DNA from: Candidatus Fermentibacteraceae bacterium
GTDB taxonomy: Bacteria > Fermentibacterota > Fermentibacteria > Fermentibacterales > JCC-6
DNA: 64,000 bases
Assembly (NCBI GenBank): GCA_041750285.1
Contig: JBGSZS010000008.1
Location: 1-64,000, forward strand
Direction of reading: 5' to 3'
The translations under genes were made by a program, and so were the position numbers. The notes beneath the pieces are model-generated. The model was not told where the DNA came from. It was given only the letters and a program-made list of their open reading frames with translations, and searched no databases. The stretch's first letter is position 1, and every line of letters starts with the position of its first letter. Below are positions 37,686 to 47,706 of this stretch, in pieces.

Positions 37686-39826
37686 GAGCAAAGCAGCTGC
37701 TGCTTCGAATGATAGACTGGGGAGCCTCGATCAAGGCATCCCCGATGCAGCTCGGCGGGCTTTTCGCGGCCACCGTGATCCTTCGCAACCTTCTCGAGGC
37801 CGCAACCCTCGGCATCCTGTTCGAGGGGCCGGCCTTCTTTCTACATTTCCCCGTTGCATACGTCTTCCCAATGCTCGGGCTGGTTGCCCTTCTGCACACG
37901 GCAAGCGGCTTTCCACTCCCAAAGCTGCTGAAGATTATGATCATGGCCTGGACGCTCACTCTTCTTCCCCCGATCATCGATTTCCTGGCGGGGGAAACCG
38001 GCGACATAGGCTACTTTCCCCTCCACAAGGGAAACGCGGTCTGGTTCCTGACGAACTTCTTCAACCCCGCAGCAGTCCTGCCGGGCACTACGACCGGAAT
38101 CAGGATAGAGGCCTTCCTCGGATGCGTGCTGGCCGGGGTGTTCTCGTGGTGCGTGGCGCCGGACCGTCGACTGTTGCGGGGAATCCTGACGACACTGGTG
38201 TTCATGCCGATGTTCCTTGTCTTCTTCACCTGGCCCTACCTGGTCCAGATACTGGGAGAGACGCTTTTCCCGGTGCAGGAGATCACCCAGAGGTTCCTGC
38301 AGTGGAGGGCGATAACCGAGGTTCCCCTTCACGGCTCGGCGCACTTCACCATCTTCACCGTAGACATGATGCCCGTATCGCTTCTTGCACTCTGGATGTT
38401 TTACCGTCTCTTTCCGGCCCAACGGGTGCTTCTTCGGGTAGGACTTCCCGCACTTCTGCCCGGGGCCGTCGTAGCCCTTTCCGGCTCTCTGGCGATTCTT
38501 TTGTCGACACCCCCGGGGGGAATGACATTCGCCGACGCAGTGGCAATGATCGGAGCCTTCATGGGAGTGCTCTGGCTTCTCTGTTCGGTCCCGCTGCAGG
38601 GAAACGTGCGCCTGCTTGCAATTGCCGGTTCCCTTCTTCTCGGATGGGCATCGGGCTGGAACACGCTGGTTGCACTTTCGTTCGCCACGGCCCTCTTCCA
38701 TCTTCCAGGCCCGCGATGGCTCTCCCGATCCCTTGCCTATCCGATTCTTCTTTTCGCATCGGTTTCGCCTGCCGGTATCCCCGAGTTAACCCTGCCCTAC
38801 CTTGGGTTGTCCTTGGCCGCTTCAGTTCTGGGCGGTGTTTCCACATCGGGAAAGCAGGGCTTTCGGCTGGGCGGTTCGCTTGCCTTTCCACTGCTTGTCC
38901 TCATTCTCCCACCGGAAGGCCTTGACCGCGGAAGGCTCCAGGGTTTTGAAAGACAGGCCGACTCATTCTTCAGAAGCGGGATGGTTGCCCACGGCCACGC
39001 CTCGGCAAACAGGTTCGCCGCGTCAGGCGGAAGTCTGAGAACCGTTGCGGAGGGGGCTCACCTGAGCGGCATGCACAACAGGGCGGAATGGGCATACCAG
39101 GTGGGAACTGCCCTGGGCGACTCCTCTCCCGAGATCATGAAGGTGGGTGTCAACCTGGCATTCGCCTCGGGTGACAGCCTCCTTCTGTGGGGCAGGGCGA
39201 TGGCATACATGGACGCAGCAGGTGAAAGGGGGGCCGAGGCCGCCGAACTCCTTCTTGGTTTTGCGGCATCCGTGGGGGACACGGCCTTCCTGAACAGGGC
39301 GCACTCCGGAGGCGCCCTTTCGGACCGCCTTCTCGTTCTCTACTCACGTGCCCACATGGCTCTGGGGGACACCCTGACCTCGGCTTCCTACGCGAGGGCG
39401 GCACTCACCTTTCCCGACGCCTCCCAGGGCACGTGGGCGTACGCGGTTGAAATGGCTGGAACTGCGGGGGGTGACTACGACTCGGTTTTCGACGCCAGCA
39501 TCGATGAGTTCGGCTTCTCGCAGGAGATAGCCCTGGCAAGGCTAAGGGCGGGGATCAACACCGGTGGGGTCCCTGACCGCGAAGATCTGCTCAACCGTTG
39601 CCTGGCCCTCAGCCCGGACAACCCCTCGGTACTCGAAACCGCAGCGTCATGGCACCTGGCCGCGAACGACCCCGGACCAGCCATGGAATACGCGATCAGG
39701 TCGCTGGCCGCCCAGATCGTTCCCACGCCCCAGGCATTCGCCCTGGCCGTCAGAGCCGCAGTGGCCGCCGGAAGGAACGATATCGCCGTTGCCTGCGGCA
39801 AGTACGCCCAGAGCGTTTACAGGTGA
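37682..39826 (+). CDS. Polytopic membrane protein with C-terminal TPR-like helical domain
   Basis: About 400 aa of hydrophobic helices followed by Ala-rich helical repeats; coupled to both neighbours. Confidence 0.65.
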   Translation: MRAKQLLLRMIDWGASIKASPMQLGGLFAATVILRNLLEAATLGILFEGPAFFLHFPVAYVFPMLGLVALLHTASGFPLPKLLKIMIMAWTLTLLPPIIDFLAGETGDIGYFPLHKGNAVWFLTNFFNPAAVLPGTTTGIRIEAFLGCVLAGVFSWCVAPDRRLLRGILTTLVFMPMFLVFFTWPYLVQILGETLFPVQEITQRFLQWRAITEVPLHGSAHFTIFTVDMMPVSLLALWMFYRLFPAQRVLLRVGLPALLPGAVVALSGSLAILLSTPPGGMTFADAVAMIGAFMGVLWLLCSVPLQGNVRLLAIAGSLLLGWASGWNTLVALSFATALFHLPGPRWLSRSLAYPILLFASVSPAGIPELTLPYLGLSLAASVLGGVSTSGKQGFRLGGSLAFPLLVLILPPEGLDRGRLQGFERQADSFFRSGMVAHGHASANRFAASGGSLRTVAEGAHLSGMHNRAEWAYQVGTALGDSSPEIMKVGVNLAFASGDSLLLWGRAMAYMDAAGERGAEAAELLLGFAASVGDTAFLNRAHSGGALSDRLLVLYSRAHMALGDTLTSASYARAALTFPDASQGTWAYAVEMAGTAGGDYDSVFDASIDEFGFSQEIALARLRAGINTGGVPDREDLLNRCLALSPDNPSVLETAASWHLAANDPGPAMEYAIRSLAAQIVPTPQAFALAVRAAVAAGRNDIAVACGKYAQSVYR

Positions 39827-41298
39827 CGATCCGATTACGCACCGTCCTTCTCATTGGATCACTGCTCATGGCTGCACTTGCCTGGGCGGGCGGTCCTCCC
39901 TCATTCGATGCCGTTGACGGGACCGAGTTCGCAGTTTCGGGCAGCAGGCTCGAGATCGTCCATGCTCCGGGCTATCCCCTGTTCCTTTTCCTGCTTCGCA
40001 TTACTTCACTTGCCGTTGGTCCCCTTTACGGACATATGCGCATCATTACCTGCCTGCTTGCAGGGGCCTGTCTTCCCGCCGCCTACGCTGCGCTCCGCAG
40101 TCACGGAGCCCCGGAAGCGGCAGCCGCAGCGGCTGCGGCAACCCTGCTTCTGCTTCCGCCCATGCTTTCCCAGCTCAATGTTCTTGAGGTTCACGGAACA
40201 GCCATTCTCCTGCTGATGCTCGCAGTCTCCCTGCGGAAAAGCAGGGCGGGACCATTCATGGCATCCCTGGCAGTTTTCGGAGGGCATCCGGCAGGGGTCC
40301 TGATGCTTCCCCTGGCCTTCAGCCGACGCTGGTTCTCCCGATGGGCCCTGCTGGCCGTCCTGCCCTCAAGCCTGCTTCTCTATGTGCCCCTTCGCGCCGG
40401 CTCATGCACGGTCGCCCACTACACAAGGCCGGAAACCCTTCCCCATGTTGCCTCTTACTTCACCATGTACTCGGATGTGCCGGAAGCCCCTTCAACCCGG
40501 GGGGTTACGCGGCTTGCAGCGGCAATGGGCCCGGTGTGCGCAGGCGCGGTCCTGCTGATATCCATCGCCGGAGGCAGACCGGGCAGAGGGGCCATGCTTT
40601 CGATGCTGCTCGGCGCAGTTTTCCTTTCAGTCTACAGGGTGCCCGACTATGAGAGCTTCGGCTGGCTTCTCCTCGTTCCCCTTGCCTTTCCCCTGTCGAA
40701 CGGGATCGACCGTTTCCTCCGGGGGGGTACGGGCGGAAGGATCGTGCTCTCCTCCCTGCTCCTTCCATGCATCTTCCATGGTGTCAGGGGGGCATGGCGC
40801 GGAACCGACGACGCCGCCCCCAGGTATTCCCGCGACATACTCTCGGGACTGCCGGCCGGGGCCGTCCTGCACACTGAAGGCCATCCGACGTTCTACACGG
40901 CCTACATGATCTTCAACGAGGGCTGCAGGCCCGATGTCATCCCGTGCGACGCCCTTGGGAACTTTTTCTTCCTCAGGATGACCGGACCCCTTCCGGACAG
41001 CCTGGGCGGACGTCCCGTTTTCTCGACCCGTGCATGGAGCGACACTTCCCTCGTTCTTTCCGGTCTGCTCTTCGGGCCGGTGGCCCGGGCGGTATCCTGG
41101 AATGATCTTGAGATATTCAGCTACCGGGGCGCATCACCGGACGCCATGGCGGGTGATCTCGCAGCCGAAGCGTGGGCTCTGCGAATGGTCCAGTCCAGCG
41201 GCCGGGAAAGGGAGGAAGCCTTCAGGACGGCCATCGAACACTCGGAGACGGATGTGACAAGGAACCGGGTGGAGACCCTTTTCCGCCGGACGCACTGA
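39823..41298 (+). CDS. DUF2723/TMEM260-like GT-C glycosyltransferase
   Basis: DGTEF...LEIVHAPGYPLF N-terminal signature; EVH; YVPLRA; many TM helices. Confidence 0.75.
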   Translation: MTIRLRTVLLIGSLLMAALAWAGGPPSFDAVDGTEFAVSGSRLEIVHAPGYPLFLFLLRITSLAVGPLYGHMRIITCLLAGACLPAAYAALRSHGAPEAAAAAAAATLLLLPPMLSQLNVLEVHGTAILLLMLAVSLRKSRAGPFMASLAVFGGHPAGVLMLPLAFSRRWFSRWALLAVLPSSLLLYVPLRAGSCTVAHYTRPETLPHVASYFTMYSDVPEAPSTRGVTRLAAAMGPVCAGAVLLISIAGGRPGRGAMLSMLLGAVFLSVYRVPDYESFGWLLLVPLAFPLSNGIDRFLRGGTGGRIVLSSLLLPCIFHGVRGAWRGTDDAAPRYSRDILSGLPAGAVLHTEGHPTFYTAYMIFNEGCRPDVIPCDALGNFFFLRMTGPLPDSLGGRPVFSTRAWSDTSLVLSGLLFGPVARAVSWNDLEIFSYRGASPDAMAGDLAAEAWALRMVQSSGREREEAFRTAIEHSETDVTRNRVETLFRRTH

Positions 41299-41398
41299 AC
41301 CCGGCATTTCCCCATTCCCGTTCCGGAGCCTATATTCGCGTTCATACATCCCTCTTCGACAGGGGTACGGTTTTTTCAGAGCGAGAAACGGAGATGTG

Positions 41399-42940
41399 AT
41401 GTCCTTAAAAAGCTCTATCAACGATTTCTTCGGAAGGGTTGCCAGGCTCATCAAGGGCGGGGGGGACGAAGCCCTTGAGAAGCAGAGAAAGCAGGGCAAA
41501 CTCTCCGCCAGGGAACGGCTCGACGGCATCCTCGACCCTGGAAGCCTTTTCGAGACCGATCTTTTTGTTGAGCACTCCGCGACCGACTTCGGAATGGACA
41601 GCAAGAAACTCGCCGGCGACGGTGTCGTAACGGGTTTCGGCATGGTCGACGGAAGGCCGGTCTCGATATTCGCCCAGGACTTCACCGTTGCGGGAGGATC
41701 ACTGGGAAGGGCGCACGCGGGCAAGATCGTGAAGATAATGGATGCCTCCATGGCTCGAAGGATCCCCCTGATAGGCATCAACGACTCCGGTGGCGCCAGG
41801 ATACAGGAAGGTGTCGATTCGCTTTGCGGGTACGGCGACATCTTCTACAGGAACACAAGGCTCAGCGGCGTTGTTCCGCAGCTATCGCTCATTCTGGGGC
41901 CATGTGCGGGCGGTGCGGTCTACTCGCCTGCCCTGACGGATTTCGTCTTCGTCGTGAACAAGGTGTCCAACATGTTCATAACCGGCCCCCAGGTGATCAA
42001 GGCGGTGCTTGGCGAGGAGATCAGCCAGGAGGAACTCGGCGGCGCCATGACCCAGGCCTCGATAACGGGCAATGCCCATTTCTACGCGGAGAGCGAGTAC
42101 GAGGCCTTTGATCAGATCAGAAAACTGCTGTCGTTCCTTCCCTCGAACTGCCTTGAACCGGCACCCGAACACAAGCCTGCCGAACCATCCAGGCCCCTCA
42201 GGGACAACATCATACCTGAAGACCGCCGCAAGGCTTTCGATGTCCATGACGTGATCCGGGGCATTGTCGACGGGTCCGACTTCCTCGAGGTTCACAGCCA
42301 CTACGCTGGAAACATCGTTGTCGGTTTCGCACGGCTCGCCGGCAGATCGGTGGGCATCATCGCCAATCAGCCCAGGGTGCTGGCAGGCGTCCTCGACGTG
42401 AACGCCTCTGACAAGGCGGCGCGGTTCATAAGGTTCTGCGACGCCTTCAACATCCCTCTCCTCACGTTCGTGGACACGCCGGGGTATCTCCCGGGAGTTG
42501 ACCAGGAACACTCCGGCGTCATCAGGCATGGGGCAAAACTGCTCTACGCATACAGCGAAGCCATGGTCCCGAAACTCACCGTGATCATGCGCAAGGCATA
42601 CGGCGGCGCATATATAGCAATGTGCAGCAGACACCTTGGGGCGGATCTCGTCCTTGCCTGGCCCACTGCCGAAATAGCGGTGATGGGCTCCGAGGGTGCT
42701 GCCAACATCATCTTCCGCAAGGAGATAATGGAGAGTTCCGACCCCGAGGCCACGAGGGCCGAAAAGGTGAAAGAGTACGAGACGAAGTTCGCCAATCCCT
42801 ACGTTGCAGCTTCCCGGGGTTACGTAGACATGATCTGCCCGCCATCCGACACCAGAAAAGCCCTTGTGAACGCCATGGAGTACGCGGGGGGCACAGATCC
42901 CGGAAACTCCTTCCGCCGTCACGGCAACATTCCCCTTTAA
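41399..42940 (+). CDS. Acyl-CoA carboxylase carboxyltransferase (PccB/MmdA-like)
   Basis: GDGVVTG, DSGGARIQEG, GPCAGGAVYSPA, DTPGYLPG, RKAYGGAY and HGNIPL motifs. Confidence 0.95.
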   Translation: MSLKSSINDFFGRVARLIKGGGDEALEKQRKQGKLSARERLDGILDPGSLFETDLFVEHSATDFGMDSKKLAGDGVVTGFGMVDGRPVSIFAQDFTVAGGSLGRAHAGKIVKIMDASMARRIPLIGINDSGGARIQEGVDSLCGYGDIFYRNTRLSGVVPQLSLILGPCAGGAVYSPALTDFVFVVNKVSNMFITGPQVIKAVLGEEISQEELGGAMTQASITGNAHFYAESEYEAFDQIRKLLSFLPSNCLEPAPEHKPAEPSRPLRDNIIPEDRRKAFDVHDVIRGIVDGSDFLEVHSHYAGNIVVGFARLAGRSVGIIANQPRVLAGVLDVNASDKAARFIRFCDAFNIPLLTFVDTPGYLPGVDQEHSGVIRHGAKLLYAYSEAMVPKLTVIMRKAYGGAYIAMCSRHLGADLVLAWPTAEIAVMGSEGAANIIFRKEIMESSDPEATRAEKVKEYETKFANPYVAASRGYVDMICPPSDTRKALVNAMEYAGGTDPGNSFRRHGNIPL

Positions 42941-42952
42941 GGGAGGCGGAAC

Positions 42953-43258
42953 ATGGATTCGAAGCTTGTCATCGACGACACGGCATACGAAACAGAGATT
43001 CCCGGGAACTCACTTCGGCGGGGCCGGCCGGCCGCCGATCCCGAGATCGTGAAGGCATTCATCCCCGGCACCATAGTAGCGGTGCGGACAAAGACGGGGG
43101 AAAGGGTCAGGGAGGGCGACACACTCCTCCTTCTGGACGCCATGAAGATGCACAACGAGGTGTGCTCCGCCGTGAACGGAGTTGTGCGGGAACTCCTGGT
43201 GGCAACGGGCGACAAGGTGGAAAAGGGCCAGCTTCTCGTCAGGCTCCGAAAGGACTGA
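42953..43258 (+). CDS. Biotin carboxyl carrier protein
   Basis: AFIPG...AMKM biotinylation motif. Confidence 0.9.
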   Translation: MDSKLVIDDTAYETEIPGNSLRRGRPAADPEIVKAFIPGTIVAVRTKTGERVREGDTLLLLDAMKMHNEVCSAVNGVVRELLVATGDKVEKGQLLVRLRKD

Positions 43259-43279
43259 GAGCCTCTTTACCAATGGATG

Positions 43280-43316
43280 AAAAAAAAGGGGGCGGCCCGG
43301 AAGGACCGCCCCCTTT
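43280..43316 (-). terminator. Rho-independent terminator between convergent genes (probably bidirectional)
   Basis: AAAGGGGGCGG...CCGCCCCCTTT stem with an 8-nt U-tract on the minus strand. Confidence 0.85.
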
Positions 43317-43326
43317 CGCAAAACCC

Positions 43327-44619
43327 TTACTGCTGCTGCCGGCGGAGCTCCTCCGCCTTCTCCATTGCCTGGATGGCAAGCTGTCTGCGGCCGAGCCGGC
43401 TGTAGGTCGAGGCCAGGTAATCGTAGTACATCGCGTTCTGAGGATCGTACTGGATGGCGGTCAGAAGCGCCTCGAGGGAGACCTGGTCCCGCTCCAGCCT
43501 GCTGTTGTTTACGAACACCATGTAGTTGAGGTTGCCCATCTCCTCCGGAGTGAGCCCGGGAAGTGCAAGGGCCTGGTCAAGAACGGCAAGTGACTGCTCA
43601 TACCTTTCGAGAACGACGTTGGCATGGGCAATGGTTGCCAGGACATCGTAACTGTCGCCTATAAGGCCCCGGCTTGCCTCGAGCTGGGTGAGAGCTTCCT
43701 CGCTGCGCTCCATCTCAAGAAGTGCGAATCCCCTTGTGAGGTAGAGCGCTCCCCGCATCGATGCCGATTCCTCGGCAGTGATCCATCCCTCGGTCTCGCC
43801 CAGGAGGATCGACTGCTCGGCATTGTCGTAGACAGCCAGCGCTTCGTCGTACCTGCCCTGAACCAGGAGGATCTCGGCCTTGGTTTCAAGAAGATCGGGG
43901 TTGGTCGGATCGAGGATGAGGCCGGCATCGAGGATGGAAACAGCCCTGGTTGCGTGGGCCTCCTTCTGGGCTTCGTCTTCGGATCTGAGGTAGAGGTTCT
44001 CGAGTATCCTGGCCGAGTTGTAGCAGGAAAGGACCGCGCCGGAGAGAACCCTGTAGTACTCGTTCTCGAGGTATTCGAGCCTTGCTGGGTCGGCCTCGAT
44101 GCCTTTCTGGGCTTCGAGGTCGGCCACCATGGCGTTTCCGAGTGCGAAGGCTTCGTCGAAGCGGTCAAGGGCCTCTTCGACCTGACCCTGATTGACGAGA
44201 ATGTCGCCGAGCATCTGGGGGAACTCAGGCCTGTCAGGGGCGATCATGGCTCCCGTCGAAAGCATCTCCTGTGCGCCCGGAATGTCGCCGGCCGTGAACC
44301 GGCTGTTGGCGGTGTTGTAAAAGACGGTCCAGAAATCAGCGATTTCAGCCTGGCGGGCGGGATCAAGCCTGTAGGTCTCGCTGAAAGCCTCGGCGGAGTT
44401 CTCCCAGTCATGGATGAAGCTGTGGGCTCTGGCCTTCCAGTACCACACGTCGGCATTGGCGGCTTCCGGGCCTGCCAGGACACTGTCTGCCAATGCTATC
44501 GCCCGTTCGTAGTCACCGTTCTGGATATGGACCTTGATCCCCGTGATCGCGGGGGAGGAGCACCCGGATACCGCGATCAGCGAAACCACCAGGGCAACCG
44601 TCACTATGCCTTTTAACAA
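43327..44619 (-). CDS. TPR-repeat lipoprotein
   Basis: Lipobox VSGC; multiple TPR motifs; GGAGG before TTG. Confidence 0.85.
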   Translation of the reverse strand: MLKGIVTVALVVSLIAVSGCSSPAITGIKVHIQNGDYERAIALADSVLAGPEAANADVWYWKARAHSFIHDWENSAEAFSETYRLDPARQAEIADFWTVFYNTANSRFTAGDIPGAQEMLSTGAMIAPDRPEFPQMLGDILVNQGQVEEALDRFDEAFALGNAMVADLEAQKGIEADPARLEYLENEYYRVLSGAVLSCYNSARILENLYLRSEDEAQKEAHATRAVSILDAGLILDPTNPDLLETKAEILLVQGRYDEALAVYDNAEQSILLGETEGWITAEESASMRGALYLTRGFALLEMERSEEALTQLEASRGLIGDSYDVLATIAHANVVLERYEQSLAVLDQALALPGLTPEEMGNLNYMVFVNNSRLERDQVSLEALLTAIQYDPQNAMYYDYLASTYSRLGRRQLAIQAMEKAEELRRQQQ

Positions 44620-44785
44620 TTCGACCCTCCGTTCCAAAGGTAGAGGCTGGTTTGCTTGCATTTCTGTTCAGTGGGTTTGAAAAGACATGGTAATCTCGCC
44701 GTTTCAACGGTTCAAGTCAACACTGGAGGGGGTTGACTCGGATGGCTTTCCCGTGCAGAATTCAAACCCCATGGAGGTTTGATAT

Positions 44786-45235
44786 ATGGCGATTTTTGCG
44801 GGTACGGCTGCCTGGGTCCTGTCAGGTCTTATCTATGCGTCGTGCTCCACGGGCGTCATGCCGGGTCCGGAGCCGGAAGGCCAGAGAAGGGCTTCGGTCC
44901 GTGTGGAACACCAGTACATCATCTTCCAGGAGGGCGAAAGAGAAGCCAATCTTGCACTTGTGTCAACGGGGAGGCCGCCGCACTTCAATACCCCGACGGG
45001 TGATTTCACGGTCCTCTACCGTCTCAGGAACCCGATGTCAAGCACTTACCACGTCAGAATGCCGTACTGGCTCTGCATCGTGCCAAGCGGAGCCATAGGC
45101 CTGCACCAGGCTGGCGGCAGTGCCGAATCGAGGCTGGGAGAACCCCTTTCCCATGGTTGCGTGCGGTTGGGCAGGTTCACCGCGGAATGGGCATACACAT
45201 GGATGCCCACAGGGGCCCCGGTCAGCATTCATTGA
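44786..45235 (+). CDS. L,D-transpeptidase (YkuD family)
   Basis: VSTG...TPTG, IGLH and SHGCVRL motifs. Confidence 0.9.
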   Translation: MAIFAGTAAWVLSGLIYASCSTGVMPGPEPEGQRRASVRVEHQYIIFQEGEREANLALVSTGRPPHFNTPTGDFTVLYRLRNPMSSTYHVRMPYWLCIVPSGAIGLHQAGGSAESRLGEPLSHGCVRLGRFTAEWAYTWMPTGAPVSIH

Positions 45236-46244
45236 TCCTCTCAGATACATCCCGGAGCTTCTGGGCGCACGAGTCCGCCATTACGAGGGTTGCGGTGTCG
45301 GTGCAAACGACCGATACGTTCCTGAGCCCCATGATCACAGTGAGCCTTCCGGTGGCATCGTAGACAAGTGTGTTTTCCGAATCCACGAGAACGGTCTCTC
45401 CCCGCGAGACGCCGGCGTCCCTGGCACCCGGCCAGTCGCCGATGTCGCTCCATTGGAACGATGCCGGCACAACAGCCGCGTTCACTGCCTTCTCCATGAC
45501 ACCAACATCCACGGATACCGCGGGAAGGGAACCGAAGACTTCACGGTCGGGACGGGTGCACCGTCCAAGTCCGGCCAGACCCTGGAGAAGAGCGGGCATG
45601 TGTTCACCGATCGCCTTCAGTATCGCTGATACCTTCCATACGAACATGCCAGAGTTCCAGAGGTAGGACCCGCTTTCCAGAAAACTCCTGGCTGTGTCCG
45701 GGTCTGGTTTCTCCCTGAACGACTTCACACTGAACACACCGTCCGAGATCTCGGCCCCCTTCTCGATGTAGCCGTAACCGGTGGCGGGGTGGCCGGGGGT
45801 TATCCCCATGGTGACAAGGCATCCCGTTCCAGCGGCTGAGACTGCAGCACGGGAGGTTCTTTCGAACTCCTCGAGCGGGTGGATCCAGTGGTCGCTGGCC
45901 ATGACCAGCATGGTTGCGTTTCCGTGACCCCTGCAGGCCAGAACCGACGCCGCCCACCCGATGCAGGGCGCTGTGTTCCTGCCAACCGGTTCGAGAAGAA
46001 GGTTTTCGGCACCGAGCCAGGGCAGTTGCCCAAGAACGATGTCTTCATGCTCACTTCCAGCGACCACAAGCATCTTGTCCCGTCCGCAGACCCCGGCGAG
46101 CCTTTCCGCCGTGAGTTGAAGCATTGTCCCACCGGGCAGCAGATCGAGGAATTGCTTTGGTCTTGCGGGCGTTGAGAGGGGCCAGAACCTGGTACCCTTT
46201 CCGCCGGCCATGATCACGCCGAACACGTCGGTATTCTTCGTCAT
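45222..46244 (-). CDS. manC: Mannose-1-phosphate guanylyltransferase
   Basis: MAGGKGTRFWPLS, PKQF, EPVGRNTAP, GYGYI, FREKP, WNSGMF and WSDIG motifs. Confidence 0.93.
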   Translation of the reverse strand: MTKNTDVFGVIMAGGKGTRFWPLSTPARPKQFLDLLPGGTMLQLTAERLAGVCGRDKMLVVAGSEHEDIVLGQLPWLGAENLLLEPVGRNTAPCIGWAASVLACRGHGNATMLVMASDHWIHPLEEFERTSRAAVSAAGTGCLVTMGITPGHPATGYGYIEKGAEISDGVFSVKSFREKPDPDTARSFLESGSYLWNSGMFVWKVSAILKAIGEHMPALLQGLAGLGRCTRPDREVFGSLPAVSVDVGVMEKAVNAAVVPASFQWSDIGDWPGARDAGVSRGETVLVDSENTLVYDATGRLTVIMGLRNVSVVCTDTATLVMADSCAQKLRDVSERINEC

Positions 46245-47014
46245 CCCTTCATCACCGCCTTCCAGGAGCCCGGGGCGGCATGAAGCCTTCCACCAAGGGC
46301 ATCGGAGACAAGGCATGCCTGCTTTCCGGGCATGAACAGGATTTCCCAGGAACCAAGAAGAATGGGACCCTCGGTTCTTTCCAGGGTGTAGGCGCCGCCA
46401 TCGATGGATGAACCGGTTGGCAGAACCGGTCTTCCCCCCCTCTCCCAGTCCACTGCGTCGAGTCCCTGGCGGATGTGAAGGGGTCTGGGCGAGCCGTCCG
46501 AGCCCTTTCTTCCCCAGTCCCACAAGCGGTAGGTGATGTCACAGTTGAGCTGAACTTCCAGAACCGACATTCCCGCCCCCAGGGAATGGACAGTTCCTGC
46601 AGGGAGGTGCAGGGTCATCCCCGGCGACGCCTCGAATGCCTTCATGGCCTCTGCCGGATTCCCCGATGAAACGGCCCGCTCGAAGTCGCTGCGGGAAACG
46701 CCGGGAAGGATGCCCGCACGGATGGTGCCGTGGCCGGAGAGCACGATCCAGGTCTCATCCTTTCTGGGAAAGCACCCCCCGGAACCTGGATGAACCTGCA
46801 CGGAAAGGTCTGCGGCAGTATGGAGAGTCTTCACCAGAAGCGGAAAGCGCGAATCGGGCCATATGGAGGCAAGCTCGGTCCTCTCCCCGCCCGAGAGGGG
46901 CTCGAGCGCGGTCGAACCCCCGGGATCATCGTAGACCCACCAGACCTCGCCGATACTCCCGGGAAGGGCGCCCCACACCCTTGCAACGTTTCTGGGAACA
47001 CACCTGTAGATCAT
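46241..47014 (-). CDS. manA: Class I mannose-6-phosphate isomerase (cupin)
   Basis: FPLLVK, LSVQVHP, KDETW, GTVH and TYRLWDWGR motifs. Confidence 0.88.
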   Translation of the reverse strand: MIYRCVPRNVARVWGALPGSIGEVWWVYDDPGGSTALEPLSGGERTELASIWPDSRFPLLVKTLHTAADLSVQVHPGSGGCFPRKDETWIVLSGHGTIRAGILPGVSRSDFERAVSSGNPAEAMKAFEASPGMTLHLPAGTVHSLGAGMSVLEVQLNCDITYRLWDWGRKGSDGSPRPLHIRQGLDAVDWERGGRPVLPTGSSIDGGAYTLERTEGPILLGSWEILFMPGKQACLVSDALGGRLHAAPGSWKAVMKG

Positions 47015-47706
47015 CTTCTCCCCCTCGCGGCCCCGGCGAATCCTCCCGCCAGCGCCGGACCGGTGGAATCCCTCTCGGGATGCCACTGTACGGCCGTGAC
47101 AAGCCCGTCGGCCGACTCAATGGCCTCAATCACCCCGTCAACGCTGCATGCCGTCCAGCGAAAACCGTCAGGCACCCTCTCAATGGCCTGATGATGTGAA
47201 CTGTGCACGATTGCCTCCCCCCCGAGCAGTGCGCGAAGGCGCGATCCGGTTGACAGGCTGACCCCGTGAGAACCGCAGCGGTGGTCGATCGGACCCTCAA
47301 CCGAAGCCGGGATGTGCTGTACAAGCGCTACACCCTCGGCGATCGCCACAAGCTGCATGCCGAGGCATATGGCCAGGATCGGGATACCGGCCGACCTTGC
47401 TTCACGGTAGAGATCCATCTCCCACAACGGCCTGTGGGTCTCGGGATCGAGGCTTCCCTGATCGCTTCGGCCATAGAGATCGGGAGCGGGGTCACCGCCA
47501 CCGGTCATGACAAGCCCGTCAAGACCGGTGAGCCTTCCGGCGGTCGTGCAGTCCCCCCCGGGAAGAAGCCCGACGGGCACAGCCCCCATGCCGTCAAGGA
47601 GCCTGAGGTAACAGTGGTTGAGCGTGTACCTCCATGGTCCGTAAACCGGTGTCCGCTCAGGGGAGTTGGCCTCCCAGAACATCGTCATCCCGATTCTGAG
47701 CGTCAC
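47011..47706 (-). CDS. Peptidase C26 / gamma-glutamyl-GABA hydrolase family glutamine amidotransferase
   Basis: TGGGD, ICLGMQ, SSHHQA and VQWHPE motifs. Confidence 0.9.
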   Translation of the reverse strand: MTLRIGMTMFWEANSPERTPVYGPWRYTLNHCYLRLLDGMGAVPVGLLPGGDCTTAGRLTGLDGLVMTGGGDPAPDLYGRSDQGSLDPETHRPLWEMDLYREARSAGIPILAICLGMQLVAIAEGVALVQHIPASVEGPIDHRCGSHGVSLSTGSRLRALLGGEAIVHSSHHQAIERVPDGFRWTACSVDGVIEAIESADGLVTAVQWHPERDSTGPALAGGFAGAARGRR

